The translations under genes were made by a program, and so were the position numbers. A stretch of DNA of 55,166 bases from positions 1-55,166 of the forward strand of contig KZ538663.1 in assembly GCA_000934665.2 (NCBI GenBank), read 5' to 3'. Shown here one piece after another: positions 1-11,127 of this stretch. The stretch comes from Catajapyx aquilonaris (Eukaryota). Position 1 is the stretch's first letter. Each line of letters starts with the position of its first letter. Below the pieces are notes generated by a model. That model ran no database searches. It saw only the letters and a program-made list of their open reading frames with translations, and had not been told where the DNA came from.

Positions 1-1119
1 CCATGGGCGCAGTAGGAGAAGCATTATGCTTTCTCTATGTCATAATCTTTATCCGTGATGTTGAGCGATCCAAAGACGACAATGGGAATATATGCGCTGA
101 GGTCATTCGCAATTTTGTGGATGTGTTCAGGACTCTTGCTATGAAGAGAAAGAATAACAACAGGATCAAGCTAATTTTGATGATAATTATGATCTTCTTC
201 GCTTTTTGGAAAATTGCTGGTAAGACATTGTTTTTTGGGTTATGGAAATCAAACTTAGCACGGCTAATGCTGCAATGTCGTTACAGGTCTAAATACTGTC
301 TTGTACCTATTTACTCAAAAGAAACTAAACTGGATCATCCAACTGTTCGGTTACTATCACGCTTTTGATCTGGTGATCACAGTTGTGGGTAGGTTCTGTC
401 CATTACTTTCACTATTGACACTATGATCGTATGGAAAAAATTGGATCATATTTTCAAATGACAATTTCTCTTAGGTAGCTTCGCAACTATAGGAATAATG
501 GTACAAAAGCTAAAAATATCCGAGGAACTAGTGGGCATATTTGCCTCAGTCAGCTTAATTGCTAGTAACGTGTGGCTTTCAATGGCCTCTGCATCGTGGA
601 TGATGTATGTTGGTAAGAGTGGCTGCTCATTTTCATATTTTTTTAGTGCTACTGACATTTTTAAAATACATTGTATTAATTTTCCAGGTAGTGCTATTGG
701 ATTTGCAGGAGGTGCTGTAATGTTCATAACCCGTGCTATGCCAACTAAACTCGTTGAAAAGCACGAAATAGGTTTAATTTTGATTTTTAAAATTCATTGC
801 TCCAAATTAATGAACAGAAAATTTTGTAAATTTTTCTTTCCTGTCACATAGGCAAAGTCAATGGAGCTATTGCTGTGATGGAATCTGTCGCTCAGTTAGT
901 GGCTCCTCCAATATACAATGGCGTCTACTACGTTACATTTGACACATTTCTGGGAGCCATATTTATCTTAACAGCTGCTACGGGAGCGCTTCCTTTGATG
1001 ATTTACATGTAAGATGAGGATAGTTGCGTGATAGGAAACAGGTCGTGTAATAAGGCTCTTCCTTTTGCAGATGGCTGTACGTGGCGAGAAGACAGGAAAC
1101 TAAGAGCCTGGCCCAATAA
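1..1119 (+). CDS. SLC46/proton-coupled folate transporter-like MFS transporter, copy 1 (3' part only)
   Basis: Exons <1-219, 287-388, 475-612, 688-771, 852-1008, 1071-1119, all GT-AG and phase-consistent, ending ...RRQETKSLAQ*. Encodes multiple hydrophobic TM segments and is near-identical to the matching exons of copy 2. Confidence 0.85.
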
Positions 1120-1304
1120 AAAAAAACAAAAAACTGTTTTATACTCTTTGGTTATCCCGAGTTACACTCTTGATAATCTTTCAGAAAAACAGCAGTGCCT
1201 GATAAAGAAACTAGTGCAGAGTGACAGGGTCATTATGTGATGGAGCATCTGATATAATGGCACGATCTTAGTGATGCGGCTTCAACATAATATTTGATCT
1301 CAGA

Positions 1305-3299
1305 ATGTCACCAAACGATAGCAAAGTAAGTGATAGTGTCAACAGCAGCACAAATCCGCCTGAAGATGCCCCTAAATCGGAAGAAATACTGTTCAAAAAC
1401 TTGAATTTGTGGGCTAAAGTGAAGTTTACATTGCACACTGTCAGAACCGAAATTTTAGCCTCTCTTTTCGTGTTCTTCTTCGCATCTTCGGATCCCGCAG
1501 TCTCAAGCCTGCTTCTGGAAAGAGCATGCTCCGTCAATCTGAACTATTCTGACTACATTTGCAAGAATCTGTCTGCAGTCAACAAGACTGGAGAACTTCT
1601 ACAAGCAGAAGATGACTCCCAAAAGGTTAGTTGCAACTACACCACGTATCAGGATATGAAACTTTTGTAACATTCCAGGTAGTGGCTTCAATAGGAGTGT
1701 GGAAAGGGGTGGTGGAAAGTGCCATACCGATAGTGCTAGTTCTCTTCATGGGTTCATGGTCTGATCGGCATGGGCGAAAACTATGTATGCTTTACACACT
1801 ATTCGGATTGGTCCTAATGAATCTGGGACTCCTGCTTGGCGTTTACTGCACGTCATGGACAGCCGAAGTAGTGGTGCTGGTTGGTTATTTGCCTCTAGGT
1901 GCCGGTGGCTCCATGGTAGCCATGCTCATGTCTCTCGTTAATTACATCATTGATGTGGTCAGCTTGGACAAAAGGACATTCAGAGTAGGGACTGTTACTG
2001 CTGCCTTTCTGAGTGGAATGTCTCTGGGAATGTCCACAGGTGGACCGATTGTGAAGTAAGTGCCTGACATGTTAAGTGTTTATAGTCAACTAGTGACCTC
2101 TTTTCATATAAGGAAAATTGGTTACATTGGAATCTTTGCCATGGGTGCAGTAGGAGAAGCATTATGCTTTCTCTATGTCATCATCTTTATCCATGATGTT
2201 GAGCGGTCCAAAGACGACAATGGGAATATATGCACAGAGGTCATTCGCAATTTTGTGGATGTGTTCAGGACTCTTGCTATGAAGAGAAAGAATAACAACC
2301 GGATCAAGCTAATTTTAATGATAATGGTGATCTTCTTCGCTTCCTGGAAAATTGGTGGTATGACACACTTGTTTTCTTATGATGTAAATCAAACTAGCAT
2401 TAATGCTGCAATGTCGTTACAGGTCAGAGTACTGTCTTGTATCTATTTACTCAAAAGAAACTCAATTGGAATATCCAACAATTCGGTTACTATCACGCTT
2501 TTGATCTGGTGTTCACAGTTGCAGGTATGTGTCCATTACTTTTACTGTTGACACTATACCCTTAGCGCAAACTGGATCATTTAATTATTTCAATTTCTCC
2601 TAGGAAGTTTCGCAACCATAGGAATAATGGTACAAAAACTAAAAATATCCGACGAATTTGTGGGAATATTTGCCTCAGTCAGCTTAATTGCAAGTAATTT
2701 GTGGTTTTCAACAGCCTATATATCTTGGATGATGTACATTGGTAAGAGAGGCTTCTCACATATGCATTTTTAAACACTTATATTATTTATTTTTAAAATT
2801 CACTGATATCGTTTTCCAGGTAGTGCTATTGGATTTGCAGGAGGTGCTGTAATGTTCGTGACCCGTGCTTTGCCAACTAAACTAGTTGAAAAGCACGAAA
2901 CAGGTTTGCATTTATTTTGACTTTTTAAATGTATACTCCAAATGACTGGAATGGTAAATTTTTATTTCCTGTGACAGGCAAAGTGAATGGAGCCATTACT
3001 GTGATGGAATCTCTCTCTCGGTTAGTGGGTTCTCCAATATACAATGGAGTCTACTACGCTACATTTGACACGTTTCTGGGAGCCATATTTATCTTAACAG
3101 CTGTTGCGGGAGCGCTTCCTTTGATGATTTACACGTAAGATGAGGATAGTTACGTAATAGGAAACAGGTCGTGTAATAAGGCTCTTCCTTTTGCAGATGG
3201 CTGTACGTGGCGAGAAGACAGGAAACCAAGAGCCTTTCCGAAGAAAAAGATAAGCAACTTGAGACAGATGCTGACAAACGTGCCAAGCAGCGATATTGA
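1305..3299 (+). CDS. SLC46/PCFT-like MFS transporter, copy 2 (complete, 508 aa)
   Basis: Exons 1305-1625, 1679-2055, 2113-2357, 2423-2524, 2604-2741, 2820-2903, 2978-3134, 3197-3299 (1527 nt, open frame). Contains MFS motif A 'GSWSDRHGRK', the insect SLC46-type first loop 'LLERACSVNLNYSDYIC' and the C-terminal 'LVEKHETGKVNG...SPIYNGVYYATFDTFLGAIF'. AATAAA at 3368-3373. Confidence 0.88.
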
Positions 3300-3520
3300 T
3301 TTCAATGCCTTCCAACATTTCAGACTATGGCAAGATATTCATAAAATATTTTCCATGTTATATTGTGAATAAATTATTGCTTCAAGTTACATTAATCCGA
3401 TCCTACATTTATTTATTTACATGTACTCTAACAATAGTTGACCAAATATAAAACAATTTTTTGACACTGAAATATCCATGGCAATGATCAAGTTTGTTTA
3501 TTGTACATGGAATAGCATAC

Positions 3521-4730
3521 ATGATGGATAAGAAAATTCCGCCGGATCGCATCCCAAGCGTTCTTACAAGCCTTGGCCAACCACTCAATATTACAGGTAA
3601 AATTGTTTTATTGTATGGGGTACCAGCTCCCACAGACAAATACGCACTTCATATAATGACTTTTTCAGGAATATTTAGAAACGGCACCTTAGATAGCAAT
3701 TTAACTGGTAAGGGCCCACGGGATGAAGTGGTAGAAGAAGAAATAGGGGCAGCACCTCCAGTTGATATTGCACCATGGATAGTGTTCATGGCGCTCGTGG
3801 GAATTGTGGCAGCAGCTTTGATCATCGGAATCATATGGATCGCTTATCAACGCAGCCAAGGCCGAGTAGGGCATATTACTGATGACATTGTCGTCTTCAT
3901 CACTATCGATCTATACACTTTCAGATGTTAGGCGGACTTCCTTCAACCAGAAGTTCCCTTATCATGCAACCTGCAGGTGAAGGTGGTGATGCTCCCACCT
4001 TTCCCCCAAACATTGATGGAAACGCATTGCCTTTGGCCACCACTCCACAAATGCCAATGCCACAGGTACGCTGAACAACCTCCTATCCTAGCAACTCCTC
4101 TAATCCTTAACAATATTATTGTGATTTCACAAGATTTCCTGCAGGAAATACTGACAATTTATTACCAGTTCATGGACCTGAGGATTTAGTGATGCAACAA
4201 CTGAAAGTATGCCAACTACTCACAGCATTTTATTCTTACAGATGGCCAGTTTACATCCACCATTTTCACTACCGCACTTGCCGCTGTTCCCTTTCCTGCC
4301 CCTGGGTCCTCCACAGGTGGACGCTCCCCTACACCACCATCTCAGTAACGAAGGCCTCATCGTTGGTGGAGGAGGGGTGAATGGCAACATGGCTGAAGGC
4401 AGTGGAAATCACATTCGAGAGCAGCTGCAGCATGTGGCTCAGGAAATGGTCATGTTGATGCTGGAAGTGCATCGCCTTGAGTATGAAATCCTGCAGGAGC
4501 AGACCGCTCTTGAGGCAAATCCCCCAAGGCCAGAAGAGCTGCAACATAGCGTGAATCAAATGACAAACCAGTTGGCTCTGCTGCACCAGCGATGGGACAT
4601 CTTGGATCAGTCCCTGAACCAGATCCAACAGCAACTAGGGCAACCAACAGGGCAGCCTCACATGGCCGTCATTTTCATGCTCACTCCACGAAGCAGCCAC
4701 AATTCCAGACTGGCTCACTCACCCGTGTGA
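3521..4730 (+). CDS. Uncharacterised single-pass membrane protein with a Gln-rich coiled-coil tail (~300 aa)
   Basis: Exons 3521-3596, 3669-3865, 3925-4065, 4242-4730 with GT-AG junctions give 903 nt in frame. TM segment WIVFMALVGIVAAALIIGIIWIAY; heptad-like C-terminal region. AATAAA at 4816 and 4838. The start codon is uncertain. Confidence 0.65.
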
Positions 4731-5602
4731 ATCAATTCACGTGTCTTAAGTGCACCCAGAAGACCAACACAGCACTAGAACGAACCTATGATTGTCCCCC
4801 ATCTGGTTTCATGCAAATAAAATGTGAAATTTTAGCAAATAAAAATTGTACTGGTGTTTGAAGTAAAACCTGTAAAAGAAATTACAACGTTAGTTATTAT
4901 CCATACAACAATGGCTTTTAATTAGGTTGCATAGAGCTTTTATATTCCCACTATGTTGTGGTTATGAGAAAAATCACAGGTGTTTCATCGACACGCGGTT
5001 TCTCCTAACTGAAATACAATGCACTCTTCACGTACAATCACATAATGATGCAGTCTTGAACAGATCAAAATCATTCTCATGGTGGCGACTGCCCTTCTTC
5101 TGTAAACAGTAGGAAACAGTCACCTAAATAACTTTGAATAGTTCAAAACTGAAGTCCAACCTGCAGACCAAAATTCATCACCATGTGAATGCACCAAAAC
5201 ATGGCAACTGCCAAATGTGGAATTGCCAAGTTTTCAACGGATCAAATAGTACAACAAGCAAACCAGTGGTATTCAAGATTTTACTGGGTTCACACGACTT
5301 TACTGTACATGTCAGATGCAACTACTCATCCAACAACTTTCTCAGCAAGATTTAGGCATACCACCCAGGAGGCACAAGCATTACGCAGCCTGTAACTGCC
5401 CAGTCCAGTTAACAAGAAACACAAAACAAGAGGATAGCTTAACTCATGGAAGTGCCCCAAGAAACAAACTCAGTAGTTGCCTCTTGTGGTCGTTGGACAC
5501 TTTCCCGTAACAAAGATGCACCGGCCGTAACATTGGCAACAGTTCGAGTCCCTTGTCGAAGAAGGTTGTCCATATTCCCTGTGTAGCTTGGGACAAACAC
5601 AT

Positions 5603-7917
5603 TCACCTTGTGTAGTAAACTCGGTAGAACAGGGTCTTGGACCTCCACAGGCTGTACGAATTGTCAAACTTGAGAAGGTATATCCCCTCCCCTGGATAGA
5701 CATGGCTCCCGCAGTATACTTCTTCATGACAGTCTCTTCGATAGATTGGCACTACCACCGAGGTCGGAGGCCTAGCTGATGCTCGCCTGTTTCCCCCACC
5801 TGCTCCCCTCTCCACATCCAGAGGACTTCCCAGATTCAGAACACCTGCCTCCCCACTCCCATCGTCCTCCCCATCGTCTTCCTCCTCCTCCTCTTCCTCT
5901 TCACTCTCTGAGATGTGCACCGACACCTGGCTGGTAGGAGACTTGGTCCACTCAAAGTACACGCCAAATCCTATGTCGTAGTTGTCAGTGGCAAATTCCC
6001 AAAACAGGCAGGTGCCATCTTCGTGTGTGGGGACTCTCACAGTGACAGTCTCTCCGTGCCCCACCTTGATGATGGCATCTCCTCCTTCTTGTCTGATTGC
6101 ATCCTTAAACTCACGTATGTCTTTGCGGGTCCACATGGACGCCTCTAGAATCTCCTCCTGGCACACCTCCTCTTCCTCCTCGTCACCTTCCACCGGCTCT
6201 TCTTCGCTGCCTTCACTTACTCCTAGACCTCCGCTGCCATTGTGCATTCCTGTGGGTGTGCCACGATCTTTTCCTTCCTCAGAAGTCATTTGTTGCATCA
6301 GCTGTTGCTGATAGAGTTGCTGCATATACTGGTGATAGTGCTGCTCTTGCAGCTGGCGGATCAACACTGCCTGTTGCTCTGGATTGCCTGAAAAGTAATG
6401 GCATATGTCAGGCATGACAATAAACAAGACACTGCTGACAGAGATTCTCCCATAATAGTAATTAACAGTGGTAACCTTGGTAAGCCACTAGAACATACCT
6501 AATTCCTAGGACACGCTTCCCTAAATTTGTGTAGAAAATACTAGGCAACACAGTAAAATGCAAATATGCCAAGTACATATTTTCCGATATTTTCATATCA
6601 ATTTGCTTCTCCTCATATTTGTAACGCTTTACAAATCAGTACAAAATATTATGATGTCTTGGCGTGCCCCATGACACTTCTCCTTTGTTATTCCACCAAG
6701 AGCCAATGGCGTCCGAGTGGATCAATATTCAGCCATCCATCACTCGGGCTAATGAATAAAACAGCTGTTGACATCACATCTGATGAATTAAACAATCACG
6801 GAAATTGAAACATGTTGGTCTCCAGCAGAGGGCAAAAGGTTAAACTGAAATAGTCCTTGGGAACAAGCTACTTCCATAAATGTTAACTCACTTGGGTAAC
6901 GCAAACGAGTGTTGTTATGCTAATAAACATACAGTACATTCTCATACATACGCAAGTACTCCCACAATATTTTGCCTACGACAGCAGTATGGAGTGCAAA
7001 AATAATAGAAGGAAACTTGTTATCATGCTAGCTGGAATTTAATGATTAGATATACGTACCAAGGACAGTGTATAGTTTGCTGTCCGCATTAATGTAGTGG
7101 AGGTTCCCATACTAATTAGGGTCCATGAGATATACTTAAAAAGTAAATCTGTACCCAGATTAACTTTATAAATACACCCCTTGTTATAGAGTTAATGATC
7201 TCTATCACATAATGTACTCTCAACATCAATTCCAACCTGCTCTACGTTACCTGGATACTGTTGATGGGCATAAGCCTTAAACTGTGCATATGTTTGCTGG
7301 TTGAGGGCATCCTGGACCTGCCTCTTCCTAGCCTCCTTCCGCGCCTCCTCCTCCATCTGCCTGACCCGCATCTCCTCCTGCAAGCGCCTCAGCTCCTCGT
7401 CCTCTCTTCTGCGCTGCTCCTCCTGCCTTGCCTTCTCCTTCTTCTCCTCCAGGTCCCTCCGGTGCGCCTCCAGGTAAGTCCCAAACAGTGGGCAGAGGGA
7501 CTCCAGCAGTTCCACAAATGAGCTCATGGCCTCTGGCCTGGGAAGATCCCCCAGCCCCTGCCAGGCCAGCCGCCTGTCCCGCCCCACCACATCTAGCACC
7601 CCTAGCTCCGGAAGACTCTCCGCTGCCCCGCCTCCCCCACCACACTTCCCTCGTGTGGCCTGCTGCCAGAAGGCCACCAGGCGAAGTTTGTCTTGGTACG
7701 ACACATGCACCGCTTTGCCCTCCTTTTCTTTGTAGAAGCGAACAGCCAGGCGGAAGGCCTCACGCTGCGGGAAGCCCCACTTTGACACTGGCTCGCCCGC
7801 TTCCCCTTCTTCTGGCAGGCCATTCTCTACCTTTGAGTCCTTGGCTGGAGACACCACTTGACTGTCCTCGGAGGTGATGCTCAAGCGGCGGTTTTCAATC
7901 GTTTGCATGACTGACAT
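5603..7917 (-). CDS. ACBD3: Golgi resident protein GCP60 / acyl-CoA-binding domain-containing protein 3 (483 aa)
   Basis: Exons 7917-7251 and 6387-5603 (phase 1 intron, junction [22 protein letters not shown]). ACB domain ([22 protein letters not shown]...[12 protein letters not shown]), charged coiled coil, Q domain and GOLD domain ([34 protein letters not shown]...[22 protein letters not shown]). Confidence 0.97.
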
Positions 7918-8939
7918 CTTGCCTTCAAGCTAAGGAAACAAAAATGTCCAGAAATTATCAACCTTAACTGTGTGAAAAAGGTGGGCACAATAATTATCCT
8001 GTTATCATGTAAGTGGGAAAGGAATAAGGCCCTGCTTGATGTAAAATGTAAGTATGTTACTTGTAAGATGTTCAAGAATATATAAATTTAATTTTGTTTT
8101 AAATTTGACTCCATACGGAACTTATCTTGTAGCACAAAAACAAACAGCCTTACAACTAATTACAAATGATGACTCATGGTACAATTCTGGATCCAGATAT
8201 AAATTAAGGTCACCATGTCAGCAAAAGTCAGTTGGATCATTCAAGGGAATGCACCATGTGCTATCACATGGTCCAAGAAAATGATGGCAAGCGGCCAGCA
8301 TCTAAATAGCTAGCAGTCACAAAGGGACAAACCGCCACAACCTTCATTCACAAAAGCGTGATTAGATTACACTTTATTTCATATCTACGTTGAGTTGCAA
8401 AAATACTTCCTGATACATCAGGACGCAACACATGCCGTGTGATATGTTTTGCTTCACCGTTAGCAATTATCGTGTCTGTTGCAAAATACAGCAAGGGCCA
8501 GTTCAAACTAGGTTTCGTCATCTTGAGTCTTTTTCACAGAAACCTATTATCTGGGTAACTCTACATTCCGTCACATCTCCGCCGTCACAATTTATTGAAG
8601 TCAATATGCAAAGAGCAAGGTTCTTCACCGCGTGACCTTTCATTACCCTACGGCCATGCCTCATGCTATTTTCAGTCTTCTGCTGTGCATATAAACAGTA
8701 CACTAGGAATGTTGCTCTTACTGCGGCTGTGTCTATCATCATTCCCCCAAATGACGCTGACTGCTTAACGTTAAAATCCATTGTACAGTTCCTACTTAAA
8801 CCGAGCGGTACTGTACACTTTCTGGTCTTAAGTCTCCACCAGTGCGGTGGTGTAAGTGCGACAAATGATCAGGTGACACTAGTGGGAGTGAGGTGGGCGT
8901 ACTGTTTTGCAATGCAATGAAAATGTTACGCTGCTGCAC

Positions 8940-9200
8940 CTGCACAGTTGTCTCCTCAGGCCTGGGGCGTCAGGCCCAGGGGCGGCTGCCTGCAGGGGCC
9001 GGGGGCAAGACGACGGGCAAGGTCCTCCTCTGCTCTCGGACGGATGCCGAGATGATGGGGGAAGTATAAATAAAACTCTCGGAATGACCGATGCAGACAG
9101 GAGGAGCAGCCGAAGGAGGAGGAGGAGGAGGAGACACGTCACTCTGGGGCCGGGAATAGCATCGCGGCTGTGAGTTTGCCGACAACAAGCGGCTATTGAA
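8940..9200 (-). promoter_or_regulatory. Probable non-coding GC-rich first exon / promoter region of ACBD3
   Basis: GC/CpG-rich island with a minus-strand donor-like CAG|GTGCAG at 8940/8939. There is a matching acceptor (tttccttag) about 12 nt upstream of the ACBD3 ATG. The 5' limit is approximate. Confidence 0.55.
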
Positions 9201-11102
9201 AAAAAAAGTAGCGGCGAATTATCCCGTAGCGGTACCGTATTCAAAATTAGCTAATCAAATGCAGTTGGTTAATTAAAAGTGTACAACCTGTGTGATACAC
9301 AGTGGTTCGATCAGATTTGTTGGAATACGAATGGTTGTAGCCTATTCAAAAAATAAATTGTGTGTCGTACTACTGTATATATTCAGGCTTCACTGACCCA
9401 CTTAAAGTAAGCATTTATTCATTTGTTTTATTTAAAAAATTACATTGTATATACATTAATAAGCATGTACAGTAATAATCTACGCAATACATTGTAACAA
9501 TGAGAAATTGATGCTAGAGTATTTTTAGAGACACTTAAAAAAAATGGCAGAAACAAAATTGCTGAATCGCGTACGCACGAAAGTTGGATTAAAGCATCTC
9601 AGAGATATAGTGAGGAAAGTCCCAATATTTTGAGCAGTGAAAAAGGCAAAAAAAATTTAATGTCGGAATTATTATTAAATATTTGAGTACCTTCTACATA
9701 ACGCGAGTGGCAAAACTGTAGTTGGAATCGGAAAAAATTGTCATAAAAATGCACTAAATACAACAAATTCGCTTCATATGACACATGCACACATATCATG
9801 CCGAGATATTATCTTATGCCCCTTTCGTATCCATGCGCAATACCATAAAAATGTACTGAACGCTGTATTGGCCACACTTTTTTAAAAATTATTCACCATT
9901 GGTTTTACAAGGTCTTAGGTCGATGACTGGTTCAGTGTACATCTCTTTTAAAATAAAATAAAATAAATCATATTACATTTTTCGTAAAAGTCAAACGCAG
10001 TTGAAGAAACGAAATACACATTATATTGCATGACCACACTATATAGCTCGTTTATTTTTCGTTCTATGACATGTACAATTACGACATACTGTAATTACGT
10101 ACTGAATAATGAATAACATTAATTTCATATGTACAATAAATTACTATTTACTCATTATGTTTATCTAACCTAAGCAGTAGTAGTTGAATTCAACTTACTA
10201 AACTTCCCAAAGGGCTTGAACTATAGATAAAAACATTCCCTCAACTTACAGCAACACTTCGATTGTCAATCCAGAATGCGGGGGTAAAAATGGAAAATTA
10301 TCCAGAAGCATACAGCAGTTATCATTCAAAAATCCAATAAAATGCACTATGACACTCTCTATGTTTTAAGACCATATATCACTGTCAGGGTCCCCAATCA
10401 AGTGCTTCTTTCTTTTTTTTATGACACGGGGTGGGCCACACCTTTAGAAAAAATGGGGGAATAAGAATCAACTGCTAATTATTTTGGTGGAATGTAAGCA
10501 GCAGGGTAACGTCAAGCCAGTCAGGTGAACGTTACTGGGCTTTGGTCTCCTAAATTCACGCAAGAACAGTGCAAGAGTAGGGTGAAATGGTGAATGCCAA
10601 CCTGCCATTTTAGTTCTCAATAATAATAATAGTATTCATATAATTACAACAATAAATAGAAATCATAAGTCGTTCTGCAAAAAATGGGGAAATGTGGATA
10701 TTTGCTTTAAGTTAAACAACTAATGCACTCACTAATAAAATGGAAGAATTAGGTAGAGAGCATCAGTTTTGTCCTTTTAAAAACGCCATATCAAGTGTGT
10801 AATTCCATAAATGAACTTACCTGCTTCTAGCGGATCCAACAGCTTTCATACACATTCAGAAATCTACACTTATATACTTTTGGACAATCATGTGGCCCCC
10901 TACTATCTCAAAGTCAAATTGGATAAGTTGTTCTCCATGTGCATTAGTAACTGAACTTTTGTAACTCGCTGAAAACTGATGCTCACCCATAGAGTTGGTT
11001 GGCACAATATCTAAACACCAATTCAAACCCTTGTTCTTGCCAGCAATTGCCCCATGGACGGTCACCACACTGCCAATAATACAGATGAAATAGATAGAGG
11101 CT

Positions 11103-11127
11103 AGAGATAGAGAGAGAGAGAGAGAGA
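11103..11127. repeat. (GA)n microsatellite
   Basis: agagatagagagagagagagagaga. Confidence 0.85.

Noticed and set aside
4134..4206. Extra exon of the orphan gene (FPAGNTDNLLPVHGPEDLVMQQLK)
   Set aside because: No phase-0 acceptor matches the 4065 donor, and the following intron would be only 35 nt.
7261..7877. Overlapping antisense and alternative-frame ORFs over ACBD3 exon 1
   Set aside because: Shadow ORFs caused by high GC3 and low complexity of the true coding frame.
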